A stretch of DNA of 64,000 nucleotides from positions 1 through 64,000 of the forward strand of contig CAVPCQ010000009.1 of assembly GCA_963702425.1 (NCBI GenBank). The letters are read 5' to 3'. Within the stretch, counting starts at the first letter, position 1, and each line of letters opens with the position of its first letter. A model generated the notes under the pieces. It was not told where the DNA came from, made no database searches, and was given only the letters and a program-made list of their open reading frames with translations. This DNA comes from an uncultured Acidobacteriota bacterium. Lineage in GTDB: Bacteria > Acidobacteriota > Polarisedimenticolia > J045. Position numbers and translations under genes: made by a program. Shown piece after piece: positions 42,150-53,020 of this stretch.

Positions 42150-43078
42150 GCCTGATTCCCCTTGACCGCTCCCACCAGCGCGTTGACGTCGGCGACGCCG
42201 TGGGCGACGCACCAGGCCGCGAGCTCGTCGACGATCCGCATCGCCACGCCGGGGTCGTTGAAGTTGGCGGTGCCCACCTGCACCGCTCGCGCGCCGGCGA
42301 GCAGGAACTCGACCACGTCGCGGGCGTTGACGATCCCGCCCATCCCGACGATCGGGATCTTCACCGCATTGTAGACCTGATGCACCATCGCGATCGCCAC
42401 CGGCCGGATCGCCGGACCCGAGAGCCCCCCGGTCCCGCGGTGCAGCACCGGCCGCCGACGCTCGACGTCGATCACCATCCCGACCAGGGTGTTGATCAGC
42501 GAGACCGCGTCGGCCCCGCCCGCCTCGGCGGCCAGCGCGGTCTCGGCGATGTTGCTGACGTTCGGCGTCAGCTTGACCCACAGCGGCTGGCGCGTGATCG
42601 CGCGGGCGTCCCTGGTGATCGCCTCGATCGCCGTTGGCGAGCGTCCCAGCTCGAGCCCCCCCTCCTTCACGTTGGGGCAGGAGAGGTTCAGCTCGACCGC
42701 CGCGATCCCGCCCTCCTTCGCCAGCCGCTCGACGACGTGGAGCAGGTCCTCCTCGCACTGGCCGTAGACGTTGACCACCGTGGCCACGCCGCGCTCGCGC
42801 AGCGCCGGGAGCTTCTCTTCCAGGAAACGGTCGATCCCGACGTTCTGCAGCCCGATCGCGTTGAGCATCCCGGACGGCGTTTCGACCAGCCGCGGCGGCG
42901 GGTTGCCGGCGCGCGGCTTCGGCGAGATCCCCTTGACGACCACGCCGCCGAGCCGATTGAGGTCGAGGTACGGTTCGAACTCCAGCCCATATCCGAAGGT
43001 GCCGCTCGCGGTCAGGACCGGGTTCCGCAGCACGAGGCCGCCGCCGACGGCGACTTCCATCCGCACCGCCGCGCTCAC
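42146..43078 (-). CDS. pyrD: dihydroorotate dehydrogenase B, catalytic subunit
   Basis: NPVLTASGTFGYG, GNPPPRLVET, NLSCPNV, KLTPNV, GGLSGPAIRP. Confidence 0.95.
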   Translation of the reverse strand: MSAAVRMEVAVGGGLVLRNPVLTASGTFGYGLEFEPYLDLNRLGGVVVKGISPKPRAGNPPPRLVETPSGMLNAIGLQNVGIDRFLEEKLPALRERGVATVVNVYGQCEEDLLHVVERLAKEGGIAAVELNLSCPNVKEGGLELGRSPTAIEAITRDARAITRQPLWVKLTPNVSNIAETALAAEAGGADAVSLINTLVGMVIDVERRRPVLHRGTGGLSGPAIRPVAIAMVHQVYNAVKIPIVGMGGIVNARDVVEFLLAGARAVQVGTANFNDPGVAMRIVDELAAWCVAHGVADVNALVGAVKGNQA

Positions 43079-43929
43079 AGCACGATCTCCCGCGCGTCGA
43101 AGACCGGTCCTTCCGTGCAGACCCGCACGAAGCGATCGAAGTCGCCCTCCGGCTGACGCTTCTCGACGACGCAGCCGAGGCAGACGCCGAAGCCGCAGGC
43201 CATCGTCTCCTCCATCGCCACCTGGCAGGGGACGCCGCGCGCGAGGCACAGCTCGGCGACCGCGCGCAGCATCGGGTGCGGCCCGCAGGCCATCACCAGC
43301 CGGCGCCGGACCGGGTTGGCGTCGAGGTGCGCGGCGAGCGGCACCGTGACGAAGCCGTGGTGCCCGTGCGAGCCGTCCTCGGTCGCGGTCACGACGCGCC
43401 CGGCCGCGCGCTCGAACCAGTCGAGCAGCGTCAGGTCCTGCCGGGAGCGGCCGCCGAAGAAGAGTGTCGTCCGCGCGGCGCGCGGGCCCAGCTCCTGAAG
43501 CAGGAGCGGGAAGATCGCGTTGCCGATCCCGCCCGCGACCAGCAACAGTTCGGTGTCTTCGCCGCCGCCGTCGCCCGCGGCGGCCGGGTCGGGGAGCCAG
43601 AAGCCGCGGCCAAGCGGCCCCAGGAGCGCGAGCTCGTCGCCTGGCTTGAGCCGGCTGAAGAGCGTGGTACCGCGCCCGACGACCTTGTAAAGCAGACCGA
43701 TCGAAGCGGGATCGCCGCGGCCCGGCTCGCCGCCGTGCGGCTCGGGTGACACGAGCGCGACCGAGAAGGGCCGGCGGATCAGCATCTGGTCGATGTCGGT
43801 CAAGCCGATCATCACGAACTGTCCGGCCCGGATCTCGCGCGCGATCTCGGGAGCGCGGAGCGTGAGGAGGTGGTAGCCGGCGCCGAGATCGTCCTGGCGC
43901 TCGACGGCAGCGGTCAGGTTGTAGGGCAT
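43075..43929 (-). CDS. pyrK: dihydroorotate dehydrogenase electron transfer subunit
   Basis: GQFVM, RRPFS, GPLGRGF, AGGIG, ACGP, MACGFGVCLGC..VCTEGPVF. Confidence 0.94.
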   Translation of the reverse strand: MPYNLTAAVERQDDLGAGYHLLTLRAPEIAREIRAGQFVMIGLTDIDQMLIRRPFSVALVSPEPHGGEPGRGDPASIGLLYKVVGRGTTLFSRLKPGDELALLGPLGRGFWLPDPAAAGDGGGEDTELLLVAGGIGNAIFPLLLQELGPRAARTTLFFGGRSRQDLTLLDWFERAAGRVVTATEDGSHGHHGFVTVPLAAHLDANPVRRRLVMACGPHPMLRAVAELCLARGVPCQVAMEETMACGFGVCLGCVVEKRQPEGDFDRFVRVCTEGPVFDAREIVL

Positions 43930-43968
43930 GCCGGGATATTAGCAGTTATCCTCCCCCCGGCACTGCCG

Positions 43969-45726
43969 ATGAAGCTCAAGCGCCGCATCGCCGAGGGGTT
44001 CCGGCCCTTTCTCTGGCTGCTCGCCGATGCGGCCGTGGTGGCGGCGATCGCCTGGCCCGCCGCCGCGCTCTTGCTGTTCCTGGTCAACCCGGAGCTGCCC
44101 TTCACGCCGGGCGGCTTTTTCGCGACGATGGGTGCCATTCTCCCGCAGGCGCTGCTGGTCTTCGTGCTCGCCGGTCCGCTCCTCGTGCTGCTCGGCAATG
44201 CCTTCGCGGTCGGACGATCGTCGACGCGCGGCTTCCGGATCCGGCACATCGTGCGCTTCGCCTTCCTCGACGCGTTCCTGCTCTGGCTCGCCGCCTTCGA
44301 CCAGTGGCGCGTGACGGGACCGCTGCTTCCCGATGCGACGCGGGCGGCGCTGGCGATCACGGTCAGCGCGCTCGCCGCGGCCTGGGTCATCGCGCTCGCC
44401 TGCGTCGTGATGGACGCGCGCCGGCCCGGCTCGGTCCGCTCAGCCTGGATCGTGGCGCTGGCGGTGGCGGTGCTCGTCGCGCTGGCGGGTGCGGGAGACA
44501 TGCGGCGCGTGCGCTTCCCGGACCCGGCGCCGATCGACGTGCGCGGGTTCGCGGCGGAGCGGCCGCTGATCCTGTTCGAAGTGCCCGGGCTCTCGCTCGC
44601 GACGCTCGAAGGGTTTGCCGAGCGCGGGACCGCGCCGGCGCTCGAGTCGCTGCTCACGACCGGCAGCGTCATGACCGTGGCCGGCGGCATCGTCGAGGAC
44701 TCGCTCTCGCTGCACGCCACGCTGGTCACCGGACGCGGACCGGAGCAGCACCGCGTGCTCGGGCCGCTGCGTTTTCGGCCGCGCGGGGGGAGCGGTGGCG
44801 TGTCGTTTGGGATCCTGCCCCGGGGCCTGCTGTTCTGGCCGTCGCTGAAGCTCGGGCTCTGGGACGCGGTGCCGGTCTCGGCCCCGGCTCTGCGCGCGGT
44901 CTCGGTGGCCGGGGTCGCGCGCGCGCTGGGCCTGCCGGTGGCGATCGTCGGCGACCCGCTCGCCGGCCGGCCGCCGAACCCTGAGTCGGTCATCGTGCCG
45001 ACCGACGCGCTGGGCGCGGGGCAGACGGTCGCACTCGGAGCGGCCGGCAGCGTGACCTGCGTCGATGCCGGGCCGATCGGCGACCGGTTCTTCGATCCTC
45101 CAGCGGCCGAGCTGCCGGGCACGCGCCGCCTCGAGGCGCTCGTCCGGACGGCGCTGGATGCCGATCTCTGCGCCCTGGCGATCGGCAAGAAGCTGGCCGC
45201 GACCGGCCGCTTCGCGCTGGTCCACGTGCGGCTCGGCGGGCTCGAGCGGATCACGCGCCAGTTCGCGGGGTGGCAACCCGAGAGCACGGCGCGCGGCGCC
45301 TCGGACCGGGAAGTCGAGGCCTACGGCCGGGTGCTCGCGCGCTACGTGCGCCAGCTCGACCCCGCGGGCGGCGAGCTGGTCTCGGCCGGGCCGCCCGGAG
45401 CGCTCGTGGCCCTGGTCTCGCCCTGCGGCGTCGTGCCCCGCATCGACCTGGGCCGGCTGGCGGAGGCGCTGGCCGGAATCTCGGGCCCGACCGCGAGCAC
45501 CGACGGGCCGCCGCCCGGTTCGCTGATCCTCGCCGGCGAGGGGGTCGTTCCGGGAGGGCATCGCGCGGGGGAGATCGCGCTGGAGTCGGTGCTGCCGACG
45601 CTGCTCTGGGGCGCCGGACTGCCCGCCGCCGCCGACATGGGGCCGATCGCGACCCAGGCGTTCACCCCCGAGTACGTCGCCGCGCACCCGGTGATCGGCG
45701 TCCCCAGCTACGGCAAGCGCCGCTGA
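43969..45726 (+). CDS. membrane protein with alkaline phosphatase / nucleotide pyrophosphatase-like C-terminal domain (degenerate)
   Basis: About five N-terminal hydrophobic segments, then [12 protein letters not shown] and [24 protein letters not shown], typical of the AlkP superfamily core. Confidence 0.6.
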   Translation: MKLKRRIAEGFRPFLWLLADAAVVAAIAWPAAALLLFLVNPELPFTPGGFFATMGAILPQALLVFVLAGPLLVLLGNAFAVGRSSTRGFRIRHIVRFAFLDAFLLWLAAFDQWRVTGPLLPDATRAALAITVSALAAAWVIALACVVMDARRPGSVRSAWIVALAVAVLVALAGAGDMRRVRFPDPAPIDVRGFAAERPLILFEVPGLSLATLEGFAERGTAPALESLLTTGSVMTVAGGIVEDSLSLHATLVTGRGPEQHRVLGPLRFRPRGGSGGVSFGILPRGLLFWPSLKLGLWDAVPVSAPALRAVSVAGVARALGLPVAIVGDPLAGRPPNPESVIVPTDALGAGQTVALGAAGSVTCVDAGPIGDRFFDPPAAELPGTRRLEALVRTALDADLCALAIGKKLAATGRFALVHVRLGGLERITRQFAGWQPESTARGASDREVEAYGRVLARYVRQLDPAGGELVSAGPPGALVALVSPCGVVPRIDLGRLAEALAGISGPTASTDGPPPGSLILAGEGVVPGGHRAGEIALESVLPTLLWGAGLPAAADMGPIATQAFTPEYVAAHPVIGVPSYGKRR

Positions 45727-45830
45727 CCCGGCCGCGCCGCGCCCCCCTTTGGACAGCGCGCGAGGGAGACGATAGTCTCGCCCGACTTCGCGCCCGGAAC
45801 GGTCCGCCCGGGACGCGCGGCGGAGGCCGG

Positions 45831-46556
<726 letters not shown>

Positions 46557-46560
<4 letters not shown>

Positions 46561-47513
46561 AGCTGCGCAGCCGTCACCTGCTGGGGATCGCCGAGCTCGA
46601 TCCGGACGAGATCGTCGCCATTCTCGACACCGCCGAGAGCTTCGCCGAGGTCTCGGGGCGCGAGATCAAGAAGGTCCCGGCGCTCCGCGGGCGGACGGTG
46701 ATCAACTTCTTCGTCGAGCCCTCGACCCGCACCCGGACCTCGTTCGAGGTCGCGGAGAAGCGCCTGTCGGCCGACACGCTGGGGATCACGGCCTCGGCCA
46801 GTTCGCTGGTCAAGGGCGAGACGCTGCTCGACACGGTCCGCAACCTCGAAGCGATGAACCCGGACTTCATCGTGATGCGCCACCCGGAGCCGGGAGCGCA
46901 CGAACTCCTGACGCGGGTCTGCCGGTCCTCGGTGATCAACGCCGGCGACGGCGGGCACGAGCACCCGACGCAGGCCCTGCTCGACGCGATGACGATGCGC
47001 CAGCGCTTCGGCCGCCTGTCGGGGCTCAAGGTCGTGATCCTCGGCGACATCAGGCACAGCCGTGTCGCGCGCTCCAACATCAGTCTCCTGACGAAGATGG
47101 GCTCGACGGTGGTCGCCTGCGGGCCGCCGACCCTGATCCCGGTCGGCGTCGAGGAGCTGGGCGCCGAGGTGAGCTATCACCCCGACGTGGCGATCGAGGG
47201 CGCCGACGTGGTGATGGTGCTCCGAATGCAGCTGGAGCGGATGAAGACCGGCTACGTGCCCAGCCTCAGGGAGTACGCGCGACTCTACGCGCTGACCCCC
47301 GAGCGGCTCGAGCGGGCGCGGCCGGAGGCGATCGTGATGCACCCCGGGCCGATGAACCGGGGGGTCGAGATCGACGGCGGGCTGGCCGACGGGCCACGCT
47401 CGGTGATCCTCGACCAGGTCTCGAACGGCGTCGCGGTCCGGATGGCAGTCCTGTATCTCCTGGCGGGAGGCGAGCGTGAAGACGCTGCTGTTGCGACGAG
47501 CGCGGGTCGTTGA
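46557..47513 (+). CDS. pyrB: aspartate carbamoyltransferase catalytic subunit
   Basis: [51 protein letters not shown]. Confidence 0.96.
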
Positions 47514-48756
47514 CCCGGCAGGTGGGGTCGACGGGATCCGCGACGTCCTGATCGAGGGCGGCCGGATTCTCAAGGTCGCGCAGCGGATCCAGCGGCGCGA
47601 CGGCCAGGCGATCGACCTCGACGGGCTGGTGCTCTGTCCCGGGTTCATCGACATGCACGTCCACCTGCGGGAGCCGGGCCAGGAGTGGAAGGAGACGATC
47701 GCCAGCGGCACGGCCGCGGCCGCCGCGGGCGGCTTCACGGCCGTCGCGGCGATGGCCAACACCGACCCGGTCAACGACTCGCGCGCAGTGACGGAGATGA
47801 TCGTCGCCGAGGCGAAGCGGCACGGCTCGGTCCGCGTCCACCCGGTCGGAGCGATCAGCAAGAAGCTGGAAGGGAAGGAACTCGCCGATGTCGGCGAGAT
47901 GGTCGAGGCCGGCGCGGTCGCGATCTCCGACGACGGACGACCGGTGATGGACCCGTCCTTGATGCGGCGGGCCCTCGAGTACGCAAAGGCCTTCGGGATC
48001 CCGGTCCTGGCCCACGAGATGGACGACGCGCTCTGCGCCGGCGGCGTGATGCACGAGGGGGCGGTCTCGACGCGCCTGGGGCTGCCCGGGATGCCCCCGG
48101 CTGCCGAGGAGACGATGATCGCGCGCGATCTGCTGCTGGCCGAGGACGCCGGCGGGCGCCTGCACATCCAGCACCTCACGACCGGTCGCGGGCTGGCGCT
48201 GATCCGGCTCGGACGACGACGGGGGATTCACGTCACCTGCGAGGTGACGCCACACCATCTGACGCTGACCGACGAAGCACTCGTGCGCTACGACACCAAC
48301 CTCAAGATGAACCCGCCGCTGCGGCCGGAGGGCGACCGCGCGGCGCTGGTGCGAGGTCTCAAGGACGGCGCGATCGACGCGATCGGAACCGACCACGCGC
48401 CACACCACCACGACGAGAAGTGGGTCGAGTTCGCGCGTGCCCCGTTCGGGATCATCGGGCTCGAGACGGCGGTGCCGGTGCTGCTGACGAAGCTGGTCCA
48501 CGAGGGAGGTCTGTCGCTCGCGCGGTTCGTCGAGCTGCTGACGGCGGGGCCGGCCGCCGCCCTCGGGGTCGCCGGTGGCAGCCTGGCGCAGGGCGAGGTC
48601 GCCGACATCACCGTGCTCGACCTCGGCCGCGAGGGGACGATCGACCCGGCTGGCTTCCGGAGCCGGTCGCGCAACACGCCCTACGAGGGCTTTCCCTTCA
48701 AGGGGCAGGCGGTGATGACGATCGTCGGCGGCCGGGTCGTTCACGACGCTCGCTGA
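47476..48756 (+). CDS. pyrC: dihydroorotase
   Basis: [44 protein letters not shown]. Confidence 0.96.
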   Translation: MKTLLLRRARVVDPAGGVDGIRDVLIEGGRILKVAQRIQRRDGQAIDLDGLVLCPGFIDMHVHLREPGQEWKETIASGTAAAAAGGFTAVAAMANTDPVNDSRAVTEMIVAEAKRHGSVRVHPVGAISKKLEGKELADVGEMVEAGAVAISDDGRPVMDPSLMRRALEYAKAFGIPVLAHEMDDALCAGGVMHEGAVSTRLGLPGMPPAAEETMIARDLLLAEDAGGRLHIQHLTTGRGLALIRLGRRRGIHVTCEVTPHHLTLTDEALVRYDTNLKMNPPLRPEGDRAALVRGLKDGAIDAIGTDHAPHHHDEKWVEFARAPFGIIGLETAVPVLLTKLVHEGGLSLARFVELLTAGPAAALGVAGGSLAQGEVADITVLDLGREGTIDPAGFRSRSRNTPYEGFPFKGQAVMTIVGGRVVHDAR

Positions 48757-48765
48757 CGAAGAGAA

Positions 48766-48906
48766 CGGGCCGGCACGGAGGCCGGCCCGCGCAAGAAACG
48801 TAGGGGCCGGCCTCCGTGCCGGCCCGCGCAAGAAACGTAGGGGCCGGCCTCCGTGCCGGCCCGCGCAAGAAACGTAGGGGCCGGCCTCCGTGCCGGCCCG
48901 CGCAAG
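48766..48906. repeat. tandem array of family A REP-like palindromes (37-bp period) plus one inverted copy
   Basis: The unit GTAGGGGCCGGCCTCCGTGCCGGCCCGCGCAAG(AAAC) starts at 48800, 48837 and 48874; an inverted core lies at 48766-48788. Confidence 0.92.
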
Positions 48907-48917
48907 GGAGTCCCTCG

Positions 48918-49805
48918 ATGGGTGCCGTCACCGCGACCAACCTCCCCGGCCAGAAGCTTCTCTCGCGCGGCAAGGTGCGCGACATCTACGACCTCGGCGA
49001 TCGGCTGCTGCTCGTCGCCACCGACCGGATCTCGGCCTTCGACGTCGTGCTGCCGCAGCCGATCCCCGACAAGGGGAAGGTCCTGAACCAGCTCAGCGCG
49101 TTCTGGTTCGGCTGGTCGGCGCCGATCGTCGGCAACCACCTGGTCAGCGCCGACGCCGCGACCTTCCCGGCCGCGCTGCAGCCGTTCCGCGACGTGCTGG
49201 CCGGCCGCTCGTCCCTGGTCCGGAAGGCGGCGATGTTCCCGGTCGAGTGCGTCGCCCGCGGGTACCTCTCCGGCTCGGGGTGGAAGGAGTACCGGGAGAG
49301 CGGGACGGTCTGCGGAATCCGCCTGCCGGCCGGCTTGCGGGAGTCGGACAGGCTCCCCGAGCCGATCTTCACGCCGGCCACCAAGGAAGAGACCGGGCAC
49401 GACATCAACATCTCGTTCGAGCGGGCCTGCGACCTGATCGGGACCGAGGCCGCGGGCGAGCTGCGGCGGCTGACGCTCGCCATCTACGCCCAAGCCGCCG
49501 CCTACGCGGCCGAGCGCGGGATCATCATCGCCGACACCAAGTTCGAGTTCGGCGTGATCGACGGGGCGATCGCGATCTGCGACGAGATGCTGACCCCCGA
49601 CTCCTCGCGCTTCTGGCCGGCCGACCGCTACGCCCCGGGCGGCCCGCAGCCCTCGTTCGACAAGCAGTTCGTGCGCGACTTCCTGGAGTCGATCCACTGG
49701 GACAAGAACCCGCCGGCGCCGGACCTGCCCGGAGACGTGGTCGCGGGGACGCGTGCGCGCTACATCGAGGCGCTGACGATCCTCTCCGGGCGGGGGCTGG
49801 CGTAG
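48918..49805 (+). CDS. purC: phosphoribosylaminoimidazolesuccinocarboxamide synthase
   Basis: GKVRDIY, ATDRISAFD, ECVARGYLSGS, FTPATK, ADTKFEFG, TPDSSRFW, SFDKQFVR. Confidence 0.97.
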   Translation: MGAVTATNLPGQKLLSRGKVRDIYDLGDRLLLVATDRISAFDVVLPQPIPDKGKVLNQLSAFWFGWSAPIVGNHLVSADAATFPAALQPFRDVLAGRSSLVRKAAMFPVECVARGYLSGSGWKEYRESGTVCGIRLPAGLRESDRLPEPIFTPATKEETGHDINISFERACDLIGTEAAGELRRLTLAIYAQAAAYAAERGIIIADTKFEFGVIDGAIAICDEMLTPDSSRFWPADRYAPGGPQPSFDKQFVRDFLESIHWDKNPPAPDLPGDVVAGTRARYIEALTILSGRGLA

Positions 49806-49830
49806 CCGGCGCCGGCCGGTTTCGGGAGAT

Positions 49831-52302
49831 CTAGGGGCAGGCCGGGTTCGGTCGTTTCACTCCGCTCGACGCGGCTCCCAGCTCCCCGGGGCCGCAGGCC
49901 GAGCGCGCCCGGCTGAGGTAGTAGAGCCCCGAACCCGTCCCGGGTTTCGCCGCGTCGGTCGCCGACGGCCCCGGCAGGCCGGCGGCAAAGCAGCCGTGCG
50001 TGTAGCGGAACGGCGCGGCGAGCGTCCCGCGCGCCAGCTCGTAGCTGCTCGCGCCCGTCACCGCCGACCACTGGATCGTCGTGCGGTCGGGCCGCACGAC
50101 GAGCGCGGTCGTGAGCCCGGGGGGCGTGATCCCCGGGCTGGCCGGCGCACAGTCGGAACAGGCCGGAAACCCGTCGCCGTCGGCGTCGGTCAGGTCGGGC
50201 ACGGTGACGATCACCTCGTCGACGGACGACTCGTGCCCGTCGCTTGCGGTGAGCCTGAAGACCAGCGAGCCTCCTCCCGGTGACGCGGGCGGGGCGAAGC
50301 TCGGCCGGGGCGACGACGGGTCGTCGAGTGCGGCCGGCGGCCCGGCCGTCTGAGTCCAGGCGAAGGCGAGCGGCTGCCCGTCGGGGTCGGAGCTGGCGCT
50401 GCCGTCCAGAACGACGCGCGGGCCCCCGATCACGCAGGTCGTCGACTGGTCGGTGCCGGCTCGAGCGACCGGCGGCTCGTTCGGGTAGAGGAAGAGCCGG
50501 GCGGTGGACGACAGGCCCGAGGCGTCGGTCGCCGTGAGCACCAGCTCGTAGAAGAAGGGCTCCCCGGCGCCTCCGTGGTCCTCGGCGACGAACGATCCGT
50601 TCGGGCCGACGCTGTCCTGGTACGGGTGCTCGTGCGTGTTGTGGTGCTGGATGACGGTCCAGCGCAGCGCGTCGCCCGGCAGCGTCGACTCGTCGGGATC
50701 GGTTGCCGCACCCGAGAAGGGGATCACCTCCCCGTCGACGTACGTCGCCGGAGGGAGGGGCGAGAGGATCGTCGCCACCGGGGGGAGGGAGCCGACGGTC
50801 ACGGTCACCTTGGCCGAGGTCGTCACCTGGCCGTCGCTGACCTCGAGCGTCGCGATGAAGGTCCCGTTCGCGGTGTAGGTGTGGACGACCGACTCGCCCT
50901 CCCCGGTCGCGCCGTCGCCGAAGCTCCAGTGGTACGTGAGCGGGTCGTTGTCGGCGTCGGTCGTCCCGGCCGCGCTCAGCGTGACGACGAGCGGGGCGTA
51001 GCCCCAGGGGGGCGTGGCCGTGGCCTTCGGACGCGGTGCGTGGTTGCCTTCGCCGACCCAGAGAATCCGGCTCACGCTCCCGGAGGGATACGAGAAGCTG
51101 GTCGCGATGTTGAGGTAGACCATGTTGCCATCGGGGCCCAGCTGCAGGTCGACCGGACGGAAGTTGACGTCCCCCTGGGCGAAGTTCGAGATCGAAACCA
51201 GCTCGTCCTGTGCGGTGACGGTCAGGTACTTGATCCAGTGCAGCGCATAGTCGGAGAAGAAGTAGCGGTCGGCGTACTGCGAGGGGTAGTTGCCGCCGAC
51301 GTAGAAGACCGCCCCGGTCACCGCGCCGCCGTCGGTCGTGTGGCGATACGAGTGGATCGGGCTGGTCTGCGGCGGCTGGGCCGCGCATTGCGGCCCGAAG
51401 TACTGCCGGTAGATCGACTGAGGGTCGTTCCCCTCCCAGCAGGGCCAGCCGAAGCTGGCCCCCGGCGCGCCACTATTCACCTCCTCCCAGGTCCTCCAGC
51501 CGACGTCGTTGACGTAGAGCCGCCCGGTGGCCGGACGGAACGCGGCCTTGAAGGGATTGCGCAGGCCGAGCTGGAAGACCTTGGAGCGGTTCGCGGCCGG
51601 CGTCGTGTAGAACGGGTTGTCGGCCGGTGCCGTGCCGTCGGGATTCAGTCGGAGCACCTTGCCGACCAGCTCGTTCGGATCGAGCGCGCGCATCGCGAGC
51701 GATGTGGGGACGTCGTACGACGCGCCGTCGCCGGTCGTGGCGTAGAGCTTCCCATCCGGCCCGAAGCGCAACGCTCCACCCGCGTGCGAATCGACGTCGG
51801 ACGGAATGTCGTCGACCAGGATGACCTCGCTGCCGGGTACCGCGACGTCTCCATTGGCCGTCCACCGCGTGATCCGGTGAATCCGCGAATAGCCGTTCTT
51901 CGGGTTCGGCGGGATGATGTCGGTCGTGTAGGCGAGGTAGACGTGGCGGTTGGCCGCGAACTCGGGGTCGACCGTGAGCCCGACCAGCCCGCGGTCGTTC
52001 TGCGTGTTCACGTCGACGGTCACGAACGGCGCGGTCAGGAGGCGCCCGTCGGCGGTCACCACGCGGACCCGGCCCGCCTTCTCCGCGACGAAGATCCGCC
52101 CGTCGGGCGCGAAGGCGAAGGCGGTCGGCCGATCGAGTCCCTCGACGAGCAGTTCATCGTCGAAGCCGGAGGGCCAGGTGACGGCCGAGAAGGCGACGAA
52201 GGGGGAGGCGACGCACGAGAGGATCGCTGCGAACAACCATGAAATGCGCCGACCTCCGCTCACGCGCGTCCTCCGCCTCGCGACCCCCTGGCCGCCGCTC
52301 AT
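49831..52302 (-). CDS. secreted PQQ-dependent sugar dehydrogenase-like beta-propeller with PKD/Ig-like domains and a Cys-containing C-terminal module
   Basis: Signal peptide; PTAFAFAPDGRIFVAEKAG, DRGLVGL, HAGGALRFGPDGKLY, GLRNPF, WEEVN, FGWP; PKD motif LTYHWSFGDG. Confidence 0.85.
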   Translation of the reverse strand: MSGGQGVARRRTRVSGGRRISWLFAAILSCVASPFVAFSAVTWPSGFDDELLVEGLDRPTAFAFAPDGRIFVAEKAGRVRVVTADGRLLTAPFVTVDVNTQNDRGLVGLTVDPEFAANRHVYLAYTTDIIPPNPKNGYSRIHRITRWTANGDVAVPGSEVILVDDIPSDVDSHAGGALRFGPDGKLYATTGDGASYDVPTSLAMRALDPNELVGKVLRLNPDGTAPADNPFYTTPAANRSKVFQLGLRNPFKAAFRPATGRLYVNDVGWRTWEEVNSGAPGASFGWPCWEGNDPQSIYRQYFGPQCAAQPPQTSPIHSYRHTTDGGAVTGAVFYVGGNYPSQYADRYFFSDYALHWIKYLTVTAQDELVSISNFAQGDVNFRPVDLQLGPDGNMVYLNIATSFSYPSGSVSRILWVGEGNHAPRPKATATPPWGYAPLVVTLSAAGTTDADNDPLTYHWSFGDGATGEGESVVHTYTANGTFIATLEVSDGQVTTSAKVTVTVGSLPPVATILSPLPPATYVDGEVIPFSGAATDPDESTLPGDALRWTVIQHHNTHEHPYQDSVGPNGSFVAEDHGGAGEPFFYELVLTATDASGLSSTARLFLYPNEPPVARAGTDQSTTCVIGGPRVVLDGSASSDPDGQPLAFAWTQTAGPPAALDDPSSPRPSFAPPASPGGGSLVFRLTASDGHESSVDEVIVTVPDLTDADGDGFPACSDCAPASPGITPPGLTTALVVRPDRTTIQWSAVTGASSYELARGTLAAPFRYTHGCFAAGLPGPSATDAAKPGTGSGLYYLSRARSACGPGELGAASSGVKRPNPACP

Positions 52303-52402
52303 CTAACTACGGCGGAACCGGCCGTTCGGCAAACCGTTCGGCCGCGAAGGTCCCCGGGACGGGGCCGGTCCGGGTGGGGTAGCCTCCCTCCCGCGCGGCC
52401 GC

Positions 52403-52430
52403 GCAACCTCCCGCGGGCGCCCTCCGTATC
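52403..52430 (+). promoter_or_regulatory. putative ECF sigma-dependent promoter
   Basis: GCAAC-N17-CGTATC, ending 14 bp before the ECF sigma ATG; fits the AAC...CGT pattern of ECF promoters. Confidence 0.6.
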
Positions 52431-52443
52431 ACCGGGTGAGCCG

Positions 52444-53016
52444 ATGTCCCCACCGAGCCCGCTGCCGCCTGACGAAGCGCTGGTCGAGCGGAGCCTCGCG
52501 GGGGACGAGGACTCGTTCGGAGCGCTCGTGAGCCGCTACCAGGGATACGTCGCCGCCGTCGCCGGTCGCACCGGGGTCCCCCCGGCCGACCTGGCCGACG
52601 CCGTCAGCGGCGTCTTCCTCAAGGTCTGGCGCAACCTGCACCAGTTCCGGCCGGGGACTCCGTTCGCCACCTGGCTCTACCGGATCACCGTGAACCACGC
52701 CTTCGACGAGTACCGCCGGACGCGCCGCGAGCGGGCGCACGCCGAGCTGCGCGACGAGGTCGTCGACCCCCGCCCGGGCAGCTCGGAGCGACTGCTGAGC
52801 GACGAGCGGGCAGAGTTCGTCCGAGCCGCGCTGGCCGAGCTCGAGCCGCACTACCGCGAGTCGCTCTTTGCGGTCTACGTCGAGGGACGGACGATCGCGG
52901 AGACCGCGGCCGCGCTCGGCGTCCCCGAGGGGACGGTGAAGGCGCGGCTTCACCGGGGACGACACCTGCTGGCGGCGAGCCTGCGCCGGCGCCACCCCGG
53001 TCACTTCGGAGGCTGA
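52444..53016 (+). CDS. ECF RNA polymerase sigma factor
   Basis: DEALVERSLAGDEDSFGALV, VFLKVWRNL..F..FATWLYRITVN, ETAAALGVPEGTVKARLHRGR. Confidence 0.94.
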   Translation: MSPPSPLPPDEALVERSLAGDEDSFGALVSRYQGYVAAVAGRTGVPPADLADAVSGVFLKVWRNLHQFRPGTPFATWLYRITVNHAFDEYRRTRRERAHAELRDEVVDPRPGSSERLLSDERAEFVRAALAELEPHYRESLFAVYVEGRTIAETAAALGVPEGTVKARLHRGRHLLAASLRRRHPGHFGG

Positions 53017-53020
53017 CGCG

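Noticed and set aside
45727-45830. PyrR-binding attenuator upstream of pyrR
   Set aside because: No recognisable PyrR-binding loop consensus or terminator/antiterminator with a U-tract.
48766-48906. Possible CRISPR array (37-bp period, palindromic repeat)
   Set aside because: The linkers are identical and only about 10 bp, there are no unique spacers or cas genes, and the same unit occurs singly at 37591 and 38110. It is REP-like.
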